A DNA stretch of 56,297 bases, taken from NCBI GenBank assembly GCA_030699935.1, contig JAUYKS010000010.1, positions 1 through 56,297 on the forward strand, written 5' to 3'. The position numbers and the translations under genes were made by a program. Each line of letters starts with the position of its first letter. Position 1 is the first letter of the stretch. Of the stretch, positions 46,310 to 55,082 are shown piece by piece. Under the pieces are notes generated by a model. That model saw only the letters and a program-made list of their open reading frames with translations. It was not told where the DNA came from and did not search any database. This DNA is from a bacterium (lineage in GTDB: Bacteria; Patescibacteriota; SICC01).

Positions 46310-47265
46310 CGGATTGCGAACCGCTTGGCGTACAGCCGTCGGTTGATTTCGATTACGGCGCGGGTGGCCGAGTAAGTCGCGGAATGCAGTTGATGGAGCG
46401 CGTCGTGGCGGATGTCGCCGACCGCGAAGACGTTCTTCACGCCGGTTTCCATTGTGTCAGGATCGACCTTGATCAGTCCGCGTTCGTCCATCCGGAGTTT
46501 CAAGCGCTTGGCGACGTCGTTGTACGGCTGGATCCCGAGTCGGTGAAAGATCGCGTCGACCGCCAGTTTCTTCTCGGCGCCGTAACGCTTTTTCGACTTG
46601 CCCGTGAGAGCCAGCGTCACCGAACGGACGTGTCCCTTCGGGCGGCCGACAACTTCCTTGAACGTACCCTCGTAGGCCGGGATGCCGGCTCGCGCCAACT
46701 TACCGAGCTCCCACGCCGGGATCTTCGAGAAATCCTCCGCGGTGAAGGCCAGCCGCTTGGTGAATTGCCGGAGCCGGAGCGTCAGGTCGACGCCGTCGGC
46801 GTCCTTGCCGACGCAAAGCACGCTCTGACCGTTCACGTAGTGCCCGTCGCAGAGGATGCACCAGTACATCGACTTGCCCTCGTATTCGTAGCTCTCCTCG
46901 AAGTCCGGCAGCACGTCCTCGATGCCGTTGGCGATCACCACCGCTTCGGCGGTCACCGTCCGTCGCTTGGATCGGACGGCATGAGTCCCGCCCGCCCGCG
47001 GCAGGATCCGCTCGACCGGTTCGTCCGGGTGGAACTTCACCCCGAGCCGCTCCGCCTGATTCCGGCCGAGTTCGCGCAACCGCGTCGCTTTCACACCGCC
47101 GGGGAACCCGAGGTAATTCTCGTATTTCTGGAACCAGGTCGAGCGGCCGCATCCCGCATCGAACACGACCGTCTTTAGGTTGTAGCGGGCGGCGTAGATC
47201 GCGGCGGCCAGTCCGGCCGGGCCGGCGCCGAGGATCGCGATGTCGTACTTCGTAGACTTGGGCAC
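46306..47265 (-). CDS. thioredoxin-reductase-like flavoprotein lacking NADPH-binding motifs
   Basis: YDIAILGAGPAGLAAA FAD motif, redox CILCDG, and C-terminal GDIRHD. GKDADG replaces GGGxxA, and FTAED replaces HRR. GTG 47265 lies 6 nt after minus-strand TATAAT. Confidence 0.75.
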   Translation of the reverse strand: MPKSTKYDIAILGAGPAGLAAAIYAARYNLKTVVFDAGCGRSTWFQKYENYLGFPGGVKATRLRELGRNQAERLGVKFHPDEPVERILPRAGGTHAVRSKRRTVTAEAVVIANGIEDVLPDFEESYEYEGKSMYWCILCDGHYVNGQSVLCVGKDADGVDLTLRLRQFTKRLAFTAEDFSKIPAWELGKLARAGIPAYEGTFKEVVGRPKGHVRSVTLALTGKSKKRYGAEKKLAVDAIFHRLGIQPYNDVAKRLKLRMDERGLIKVDPDTMETGVKNVFAVGDIRHDALHQLHSATYSATRAVIEINRRLYAKRFAIR

Positions 47266-47271
47266 GAGTGG

Positions 47272-47277
47272 ATTATA
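47272..47277 (-). promoter_or_regulatory. -10 hexamer TATAAT (minus) for the TrxR-like gene
   Basis: Plus-strand ATTATA at 47272-47277, with the 6-nt spacer CCACTC before GTG 47265. Confidence 0.55.
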
Positions 47278-47290
47278 CGGCGTAAGCTCC

Positions 47291-47339
47291 TTGAAATGAA
47301 AAGGCATCCTTTCATCCGGTGAGGAGATGAAAGAATGCC
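47291..47339 (-). terminator. intrinsic terminator after the small membrane-protein gene
   Basis: 13-bp stem (47303-47316/47326-47339, one C.A mismatch) with a 9-nt loop. Followed on the minus strand by UUUUCAUUU. Confidence 0.65.
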
Positions 47340-47343
47340 GATT

Positions 47344-47616
47344 CTAATGCAACAGCTTCGATAGCCTGTACCACATTCCGAACATGAAGCAAGGTATACC
47401 GACAAACATCAGTGCGAGGCCAAACAAAGCGCCAACTCCGCTAACCAGTGCGCTCACGAGATTAGATGGGTGTTGGTCTGGAGTGGTGATGGCTATCACG
47501 CTGAATCCAGCTATGAAGAGGAATAAAGAAATCAGCATTCCCCGCCACGTTTCGATAAGGAAATCACCCACTTTGTCAGTCATTGCCAGCCTATCTGTTG
47601 AGGTGTACACCATCAC
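47344..47616 (-). CDS. small two-TM membrane protein
   Basis: 90-aa ORF with two hydrophobic helices. Lower G+C. Start uncertain (GTG 47616 or ATG 47613). Confidence 0.45.
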   Translation of the reverse strand: MMVYTSTDRLAMTDKVGDFLIETWRGMLISLFLFIAGFSVIAITTPDQHPSNLVSALVSGVGALFGLALMFVGIPCFMFGMWYRLSKLLH

Positions 47617-47665
47617 TCACGCGATAGTGCTTTAGTATAAACACATACAGAACAAGAACAGAATT

Positions 47666-50170
47666 ATGAAACGCTACGACCCGCAGTCGATCGAGCCGAA
47701 GTGGCAGGAAATCTGGGAAAAGACCGGACTCTTCAAGACGCCGGCCAAGCCGCGGCCAGGAACGTCGAAGCAGTACGTCCTCGACATGTTTCCGTATCCG
47801 TCGGGCGACGGGCTGCACCTCGGGCACATCAAGAGCTACACGCCGTCCGACGTCTTCAGCCATTTCCAGCGGCTGACCGGGCACGACGTGCTGCACCCGA
47901 TGGGCTGGGACGCGTTCGGCCTGCCGGCCGAGAACGCGGCGATTAAGAAAGGCATCCATCCTTCGGAAAATACGGCGGGCAACGTCAAGAACTTCGAGCG
48001 CCAGCTGCGGAGCGTCGGCTTTGCGTACGACTGGGACCGCGTCGTCGACACGTCCGATCCGGACTACTACAAGTGGACGCAGTGGATTTTCGTACGGATG
48101 TTCGAGAAGGGGCTGGCGTACCAGGCGATGGGCCAGCAGTGGTGGTGCCCGAAGGACAAGACCGTTCTGGCCAACGAGCAGGTGATCGAAGGGCGTTGCG
48201 AGCGCTGCGGCAGCGAGGTCACGAAGAAAGCGCTGAAGCAATGGTATTTCAAGATCACCGACTACGCCGACGAGCTGCTCGATGCCGCCGACGAGCTCGA
48301 TTGGCCGGAGAAGATCAAGATCATGCAGCGCAATTGGATCGGACGGAGTGAGGGCTTGCTGTTCACGTCGCCGGTCAAAGACATGGACCTCGAGATCCAG
48401 ACGTTCTCCGCGCACTACGAGGCGTTCACCGCCGACACGTTCGTGGTGATCGCGCCGGATCACCCGTTGCTGCCGCAGTTGATCAAGGGCGTCGAAAATG
48501 AGGAGCAGATCAAGCAGTTCTGCGACTATTTGATCGAGAAGCGTATCAAGCAAGGCTTCGAGGAAGAAAAAGAATCGGAAGGAATTTTCACCGGACGCTA
48601 TACCGTGGACCCGATCGGGAACGGCGAACTGCCGATCTGGGTGGCCAGCTACGCGTTGGCTGATTACGGCACCGGCATCGTTAAGTGCTCGGCGCATGAC
48701 GAACGCGACTTCAAGTTTGCCAAGAAGTACCAGATCCCGCTGAAGGCGACCTTGCTGCCGGAAGACAAAAAACTGCGCGCTCAGGTCGAGAAGTTTGAAA
48801 TGTGCTACATCGACTTCGACAACGGTGCACTGACCGAACCGGCGGAGCTGGCCGGCAAACGAGCGCATGACGTGTCGGAAGCGGTCAAGGATTACGCCGA
48901 GCAACACCAGTTGGCCAAGCGCCAAACTCAGTACAAACTCCGTGACTGGCTGATTTCACGGCAACGGTACTGGGGCACGCCGATTCCGATCATCCACTGC
49001 GAAAAGTGCGGCCCGCAAGCGGTGCCGGAAAAGGACCTGCCGGTGGAATTACCGGAAGTGAAAGACTATTTACCGACCGGCGACGGCCGCTCACCGCTGG
49101 CCAAGGTGAAGTCGTTCGTTGAGACGACGTGCCCGAAGTGTGGCGGCCCGGCTGAACGCGAGACCGACACGATGGACACCTTTGCCGACTCCAGCTGGTA
49201 CTTCCTGCGATACCCGAATCCACGTGACACGAAAGCGGCTTGGAATAGAGCCAACGTGAAAGCCTGGCTTCCGGTCGATACATACGTTGGCGGAGCGGAA
49301 CATGCCGTACTGCATCTACTCTACGCCCGGTTTTTTACCAAGTTCTTGGCCGATGAAAAACTGATCGATTTTCGAGAGCCGTTCCTTAGTCTCCGAAATC
49401 AGGGACTGATCCTCGGGTCGGACGGGGCCAAGATGAGCAAGTCGAAGGGCAACGTGATCAGTCCGGACGAAATCGTGCAGGCGGCCGGCGCCGACACGCT
49501 CCGCGTCTATGTGCTTTTCATGGGACCGTTCGAGCAAAGCGCGGCCTGGAAGAGTTCGGACATGGAGGGATGCCTGCGGTTCCTCAGACGCGTTTGGGGT
49601 TTCGGCCAGAGTTTGATCGACGCCAAGTCGGGCGACGAGAAAGCGGGAACCTCCGGCGAGGAAACTGACCAGGAATCCGACATCGCCGAGACCGGTTTCG
49701 AGCGCGCGATTTCCAAAGCCACCAAGCGCGTCACCGCGTCGATCGAGAATTTCCGGTTCAACACGGCGGTCAGCGGCTTAATGGAAGCGCTCAACGACCT
49801 GCAAGAACTCACGGTGAAGACCGGATCGCACGCCGCATACCGCCCGTACTTCGAGCGCTACTTGGTCCTACTCTCTCCGTTCGCGCCGCATCTGGCCGAA
49901 GAACTTTGGCACGAGTTCGGCCACGAGGAGTCGGTTTTCAAGCAGGGCTGGCCGGTCATCGACGAGGCCGCGCTGAAAGACGAAACGGTCTCGATACCGG
50001 TGCAGGTTAACGGCAAGGTCCGCACCACGTTGGAACTGCCGGCGGACGGTCTGTCGGAGACAGTCGTCACCAAAGCGGCCCTGGCCGACGCATCGGTCAA
50101 GAAACATTTGCCAGGAAAACCCAAGAAAACCATCTACGTCGACGGCAAGCTGCTCAACCTGGTCGGATGA
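47666..50170 (+). CDS. leuS: leucine--tRNA ligase
   Basis: YPSGDGLHLGH (HIGH region), KMSKSKGN, and CP1 editing insertion. Confidence 0.95.
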   Translation: MKRYDPQSIEPKWQEIWEKTGLFKTPAKPRPGTSKQYVLDMFPYPSGDGLHLGHIKSYTPSDVFSHFQRLTGHDVLHPMGWDAFGLPAENAAIKKGIHPSENTAGNVKNFERQLRSVGFAYDWDRVVDTSDPDYYKWTQWIFVRMFEKGLAYQAMGQQWWCPKDKTVLANEQVIEGRCERCGSEVTKKALKQWYFKITDYADELLDAADELDWPEKIKIMQRNWIGRSEGLLFTSPVKDMDLEIQTFSAHYEAFTADTFVVIAPDHPLLPQLIKGVENEEQIKQFCDYLIEKRIKQGFEEEKESEGIFTGRYTVDPIGNGELPIWVASYALADYGTGIVKCSAHDERDFKFAKKYQIPLKATLLPEDKKLRAQVEKFEMCYIDFDNGALTEPAELAGKRAHDVSEAVKDYAEQHQLAKRQTQYKLRDWLISRQRYWGTPIPIIHCEKCGPQAVPEKDLPVELPEVKDYLPTGDGRSPLAKVKSFVETTCPKCGGPAERETDTMDTFADSSWYFLRYPNPRDTKAAWNRANVKAWLPVDTYVGGAEHAVLHLLYARFFTKFLADEKLIDFREPFLSLRNQGLILGSDGAKMSKSKGNVISPDEIVQAAGADTLRVYVLFMGPFEQSAAWKSSDMEGCLRFLRRVWGFGQSLIDAKSGDEKAGTSGEETDQESDIAETGFERAISKATKRVTASIENFRFNTAVSGLMEALNDLQELTVKTGSHAAYRPYFERYLVLLSPFAPHLAEELWHEFGHEESVFKQGWPVIDEAALKDETVSIPVQVNGKVRTTLELPADGLSETVVTKAALADASVKKHLPGKPKKTIYVDGKLLNLVG

Positions 50171-50646
50171 TCACGGTCGACCTCAAACCGCTCGCAGGTG
50201 CGGCGCAGGGCGCGTCGGTTCCGCTCGAGGTGCAGGTCCGGCATCCCAAGCTGAAGGATCTGCCGAAGCTGAGCGACCTCGCCGTTACCGGCACCGTCTC
50301 GAAGCTCGACGAAGGGTATCTGGTCGCCGGCACGCTGCAGGCCTCGATCCGGCTGGAATGCGCCCGGTGTCTCAAGCCCTTCGACCACCCTCTGTCTCTG
50401 GAGTTTTCGGAGCAGTTCAGTCTGCAGCCGGACGACGACCGGTTCCCGGCGCAGAAGGGCCGGCTGGAGCTGGATCCGATGTTGCGCACGGTCATCCTGA
50501 TCCGTCTGCCCGAACGTCCGATGCACGATCCCGGTTGCAAGGGGCTCTGTCCGACCTGCGGCAAGGATCTCAACCTCGAGCCGCATGAGCATCCGAAACC
50601 GGAATCGGACGAAGGACCCTTCGACCAGCTCAAGAAACTCCGGTAA
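50167..50646 (+). CDS. yceD: YceD/DUF177 family protein
   Basis: Position upstream of rpmF, ECARCLKPF and C-terminal CKGLCPTCGKDLN. Confidence 0.8.
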   Translation: MITVDLKPLAGAAQGASVPLEVQVRHPKLKDLPKLSDLAVTGTVSKLDEGYLVAGTLQASIRLECARCLKPFDHPLSLEFSEQFSLQPDDDRFPAQKGRLELDPMLRTVILIRLPERPMHDPGCKGLCPTCGKDLNLEPHEHPKPESDEGPFDQLKKLR

Positions 50647-50655
50647 GCTGGCTTT

Positions 50656-50829
50656 ATGGCCGTACCCAAGCAAAAGAAGTCGAAGGCGCGCACCCGCAAG
50701 GGACGCTCGCATCTGGCCGCCAAGCCGGCTGCCGCGGTGAAGACCGCGACCGGCATGCGCCTCAGCCACCGCGTCGATCCGGACACCGGCAAGTACCGCG
50801 GCCGCGAAGTCGTTAAGCCCGCGGACTGA
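50656..50829 (+). CDS. rpmF: 50S ribosomal protein L32 (below the ORF-track cutoff)
   Basis: My translation MAVPKQKKSKARTRKGRSHL... is the L32 signature. ATG lies 6 nt after TAAGCT. Confidence 0.88.
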   Translation: MAVPKQKKSKARTRKGRSHLAAKPAAAVKTATGMRLSHRVDPDTGKYRGREVVKPAD

Positions 50830-51347
50830 TGGCCAACCGACACGTGCTCCGCACCATCCTCATGCAATCGCTGTATGAGCAGGAGTTCCATCCCAAGACA
50901 TCGCTGGGGGAGATCGCCGAGCGGTACCTGAAGCGCGAGCAAGTCAGCGACGAGGAACATGTGTACATCGAGCACGCCGCCACCGGGCTGGCCAAGCACC
51001 GGAAGGACATCGACAAGCTGATCGTCAAGCATGCGCCCGAGTGGCCGCTGGACCAGATCGCTTCGATCGACCGGGCGGTGCTCAGGCTCGGTATCTACGA
51101 AGTGCTGCACTCCGACGAGGTCCCGCCTAAGGTGGCGATCAACGAGGCGGTCGAGCTGGCCAAGGCGTTCGGCGGCGAGAACTCCGGCTCTTTCGTGAAC
51201 GGCGTGCTCGGCACGGTATACCGCAGCAGCGACAGGTATGATGGGAAGGACGAGGGTAAGGATTCCGGGAAAGAAGACACGGATGATGCAGCAAAAGCCA
51301 AGACCAAACCGAAAACGAAAACGCCAACCGACCGCCAAAAGAAGTGA
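50829..51347 (+). CDS. nusB: transcription antitermination factor NusB with Lys-rich C-terminal extension
   Basis: RTILMQSLYEQEF, AVLRLGIYEV and INEAVELAK motifs. Confidence 0.88.
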   Translation: MANRHVLRTILMQSLYEQEFHPKTSLGEIAERYLKREQVSDEEHVYIEHAATGLAKHRKDIDKLIVKHAPEWPLDQIASIDRAVLRLGIYEVLHSDEVPPKVAINEAVELAKAFGGENSGSFVNGVLGTVYRSSDRYDGKDEGKDSGKEDTDDAAKAKTKPKTKTPTDRQKK

Positions 51348-51816
51348 TGGTCAGCGAAGTGACGGCAAACGGCTGGTCAAAGCTGCCGTAGCCGGCGGCG
51401 TGGTTTTCGCCAAGATCGACGGGATACTCAAGTTCCTGATGATCCAACATGCCTACAACCACCAGTGGTCCCTCCCGAAAGGGCACGTCGAGGAACGCGA
51501 GACGACGCTCGACGCCGCGGTCCGTGAAGTCGAAGAGGAGACCGGAGTAACGTGCAAGGTTATCGAGTTTTTGGGCTTCACCAACATCTGGACCTCACAT
51601 GAGGGGTATCATTTACTACGAAGACAACACACCTATCTGATGGAGCCGGTCGGCGATCCGACTATCCACCGCGAGAAGATCGATCCCGAGGAAGGCATGG
51701 TTCGCGAAGCCCGCTGGCTGACCTACGAAGAGACTATGACCAAAGTGAAATACAAGAACATCCGTCCGCTGATCCGGCAAGCCCACGCCCGGGTGAAGGA
51801 GCTCGGCCGTGGTTGA
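51283..51816 (+). CDS. Nudix hydrolase (start uncertain)
   Basis: Nudix box GHVEERETTLDAAVREVEEETGV. The only in-frame ATGs (51238, 51283, 51286) overlap the nusB 3' end. Confidence 0.7.
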   Translation: MMQQKPRPNRKRKRQPTAKRSDGQRSDGKRLVKAAVAGGVVFAKIDGILKFLMIQHAYNHQWSLPKGHVEERETTLDAAVREVEEETGVTCKVIEFLGFTNIWTSHEGYHLLRRQHTYLMEPVGDPTIHREKIDPEEGMVREARWLTYEETMTKVKYKNIRPLIRQAHARVKELGRG

Positions 51817-52552
51817 ACCGAAACGCGAGCCGACCGATCTCAAGGAGCTGCAGAAGACGCTGGGTCTCAAGTTCAAGGACCAGGACTTGTTCCGGTCCGC
51901 CCTGGTGCATCGGAGCTACCTTAACGAGAACCGAGATTTCGCGCTGCCGCACAACGAGCGGTTGGAGTTCCTCGGCGACGCGGTGCTTGAGTTGGTCGTG
52001 ACCGACCATCTCTACCGCACCTACGACCAGCCGGAAGGCGAGCTCACCAGCCTGCGCTCGGCCTTGGTCCGCACCGAGCACCTGGCCAAGGTGGCGGCCG
52101 GGTTGGGCCTCGGCCAGGCACTCCTGATGTCGAAAGGCGAGGAGAAGAGCGGCGGCCGCGAACGCCCGGCGCTGCAGGCCAACGCCTGCGAAGCGGTGAT
52201 CGGCGCGATTTATCTCGACCAAGGCTACGCCACGGTGAACCGGTTCATCCATCAGCGGATCATCAGCGCGCTGGAGGGTATCATCGCCGAGGAGGCGCAC
52301 CGCGATCCGAAGAGCTTGTTGCAGGAGGCCGCGCAGGAGCGGTTCAACCAGACGCCGCGGTACAAGGTCGTCGAGGCGGTCGGCCCCGACCATGCCAAGT
52401 CCTTTACGGTAGTGGTCCGCGTCGGGGACAATGAGGTAGGCGAAGGCAAAGGCAACTCGAAGCAGACCGCCGAACGGGCCGCCGCCCAGGCCGCGCTCGA
52501 AGGGCCGTTCAAGAAATCGCAGTCGTCGAAGAAGAATTCGAAAAAGGGGTAA
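51809..52552 (+). CDS. rnc: ribonuclease III
   Basis: NERLEFLGDAVLE catalytic signature and a C-terminal dsRBD. GTG start overlaps the upstream stop. Confidence 0.92.
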   Translation: MVEPKREPTDLKELQKTLGLKFKDQDLFRSALVHRSYLNENRDFALPHNERLEFLGDAVLELVVTDHLYRTYDQPEGELTSLRSALVRTEHLAKVAAGLGLGQALLMSKGEEKSGGRERPALQANACEAVIGAIYLDQGYATVNRFIHQRIISALEGIIAEEAHRDPKSLLQEAAQERFNQTPRYKVVEAVGPDHAKSFTVVVRVGDNEVGEGKGNSKQTAERAAAQAALEGPFKKSQSSKKNSKKG

Positions 52553-52565
52553 TCGTTAGTTACCC

Positions 52566-55082
52566 ATGTTCCTGACATCACTCGAACTCACCGGATTCAA
52601 GTCATTCGCCAAGCGGACCAAGCTGGAGTTCCAACCCGGCATTACCGCGATCGTCGGTCCGAACGGATCCGGCAAGTCGAACATCGCCGATGCGATCCGC
52701 TGGGTGCTCGGCGCGCAATCGAAGAAGGCCGTCCGCGGCAAGGTCTCGACGGACGTGATCTTTTCCGGGACGCCCAAGCGGCCGGCGATGAGCCTGGCCG
52801 AGGTCTCGTTGACCTTCGACAACGCCGAGAAGCTCCTTCCGTACGACTACGACGAGGTCGTGGTGACCCGCCGCCTCTACCGCAGCGGCGATTCGGAATA
52901 CCTCGTGAACGGCGGCAAGGTCCGGCTGACCGATCTCCTGCACGCCTTCGCGGTGGCCGGGATCGGGGCCGAGAACTACACGGTGATCTCGCAGGGCTTG
53001 GTCGACAAGGTGCTCACTCAGACGCCGGAACAGCGCCGCGGTCTGTTTGAGGAAGCGGCCGGCGTCCGCCAGTTCTACCTGAAGCGTGACGAAGCCAAAC
53101 GGAAGCTGGCGGAGACCGACCGGAACCTCGGCCGGGTGCACGATATTCTCAAGGAGCTCGGCCCGCGACTGAAGTCGCTGGCCCGGCAGGCGAGCGCCTT
53201 GGCCAAACGGGCGGAAGTCGAGCAGCAGCTAAAGGACGCGCTGCTCGGATTCTACGGCCGCAAGTACCGCGGACTCTCCAAGGAGGCTAACGAACGCCGT
53301 GCCAAGCGCGAGGAACTCGAGGGCGAGCTGGCCAAGCTCGGCACCGAACTCGACGCGCTCGGGGGCGAAGTCGACACGCTGCGCTCGCGGCAGCAGGGCC
53401 TGACGTTGAACAAACTGTTCGCGGAGCGGAACGGCATCGCCCAGCAACGTGACGAACTGCGGGAGCAAGTCAACAAGGCGGTCACCGCGCGCGAGGTCGC
53501 CAAGGCGACCATCGAGCGGCTGCGTTCCGAACGGAAGAACTTCGAAGCCCGGCTCGAATTCCTGCCGGAAGCCGGGAAAGCCAACGTGACGGATACCAAG
53601 GATCTTGATGAGCAGATCGCCGACTTGGAGCGGCAGATCGAAGCGATCGGCTCCGACGGCGGGACATCGGGCGGTCTCAGCGACTTACTTGCCAAGGCGG
53701 ACGAGATCGCGGCGGAGCTGGAACGGGGGTTCAAGGACGGGGCTGCGGTGGAGATCCTCGGCGACGCGCTGTCCGAACTCAGGAAAGTGCTGACGCGCTG
53801 CCGCCGGCTGGCCGGCGGCGGTCCGGATGACGCGACCGTCGAGCGGACGAAACTGCAGGAAGAGCTGGCTTCGCTGAAGGTCCAGCGGGCCTCGCGGGCG
53901 GAGGCGGTCAAGCTGCGGAACGAGCAGGCCGAACAGACCGGCAAGGAACGCGAGAGCCTGACGACGCGGCTGGCCGGGATCGGTCAGGAGCTGACGGACG
54001 CGGAGAAGAAGACCGCGGCATCGTCGGAAACGCTGGTGTCGTCCGAGTCCAAGCTGAAGGCACTCGAGGCCAAGATCGGCGCGCTGGACAAGCAGGTCGC
54101 GACGGAACAGCAACGCAGTTTCGGCGAATCGGACGAGCTCAAAGGCAAGGAAGACGCGCTGCGCGCCAAGCACCGGACGCAGGACGAATACCGCCGCGAG
54201 TTGGAAGCGCAGAACCTGGAGCTGGCCAAGTTGGAGACCAAGCTCGACGACCTTGTCCACGAAGCCAAGGGGAAGCTTGCGACATTGAAGGGCGCCCAGG
54301 ATCAGGAAAGTGTCGCGTTCCCGCCAGCGGAGGATGTGTCGTTGCCGGCCGAGGAAGTCGACGAGGAGAAGATCGCCAAACTGGAGCGGCGCCTGATGGA
54401 GATGGGCGGCATCGATCCGGCCGTCACCGCCGAGCACAAGGAAGTCGAGGAGCGCCACCAGTTCCTGACGACCCAAAGCGATGACCTTGCCAAGGCCAAG
54501 AAGGATCTAGAGCAGGTGATCCGCGAGCTCGAAGGGAAGAGCCGGACGCTGTTCACCGAGGCGTTCGAGAAGATCAGTACCGCGTTCACCGAATACTTCG
54601 ACAAGTTGTTCGGTGGCGGTAAGGCGTCGCTAGAGCTGGTCGAGCCGAGGTTGGAAGACGTCGAGGGCGCTGACGACGGCGACGCCAACGCCGGAGACAC
54701 GAGCCGCTCGCGCAAACTCGACGCCGGCATCGAGATCAAGGCGGTACCGCCCGGCAAACGCCTGAAGTCGCTGGCCCAGCTCTCCGGCGGCGAGCGCGCG
54801 ATGACGTCCGTGGCGCTGCTGTTCGCGATCCTCAAGGTGAACCCGTCGCCGTTCGTGATGCTCGACGAGGTCGACGCCGCGCTGGACGAGGCCAACACCG
54901 GCCGGTTCGCCAGCGTCCTCTCCGAGCTCGGCGAGGCGACACAGTTCCTGGTCGTCACGCACAACCGTGACACCATGAAGGCCGCGGCGATGCTCTACGG
55001 CGTCAGCATGGACTCCACCGGCGTCTCGACGATGCTCTCGCTGAAGCTGCCGGAAGCGGAAAAAGTCGCCACCAGCGCATGA
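52566..55082 (+). CDS. smc: SMC-family chromosome partition ATPase, short form
   Basis: Walker A GPNGSGKSN, signature LSGGERAMTSVA and Walker B VMLDEVDAALD, separated by long coiled-coil sequence. Only about 70 non-heptad residues lie mid-protein. Confidence 0.85.
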   Translation: MFLTSLELTGFKSFAKRTKLEFQPGITAIVGPNGSGKSNIADAIRWVLGAQSKKAVRGKVSTDVIFSGTPKRPAMSLAEVSLTFDNAEKLLPYDYDEVVVTRRLYRSGDSEYLVNGGKVRLTDLLHAFAVAGIGAENYTVISQGLVDKVLTQTPEQRRGLFEEAAGVRQFYLKRDEAKRKLAETDRNLGRVHDILKELGPRLKSLARQASALAKRAEVEQQLKDALLGFYGRKYRGLSKEANERRAKREELEGELAKLGTELDALGGEVDTLRSRQQGLTLNKLFAERNGIAQQRDELREQVNKAVTAREVAKATIERLRSERKNFEARLEFLPEAGKANVTDTKDLDEQIADLERQIEAIGSDGGTSGGLSDLLAKADEIAAELERGFKDGAAVEILGDALSELRKVLTRCRRLAGGGPDDATVERTKLQEELASLKVQRASRAEAVKLRNEQAEQTGKERESLTTRLAGIGQELTDAEKKTAASSETLVSSESKLKALEAKIGALDKQVATEQQRSFGESDELKGKEDALRAKHRTQDEYRRELEAQNLELAKLETKLDDLVHEAKGKLATLKGAQDQESVAFPPAEDVSLPAEEVDEEKIAKLERRLMEMGGIDPAVTAEHKEVEERHQFLTTQSDDLAKAKKDLEQVIRELEGKSRTLFTEAFEKISTAFTEYFDKLFGGGKASLELVEPRLEDVEGADDGDANAGDTSRSRKLDAGIEIKAVPPGKRLKSLAQLSGGERAMTSVALLFAILKVNPSPFVMLDEVDAALDEANTGRFASVLSELGEATQFLVVTHNRDTMKAAAMLYGVSMDSTGVSTMLSLKLPEAEKVATSA

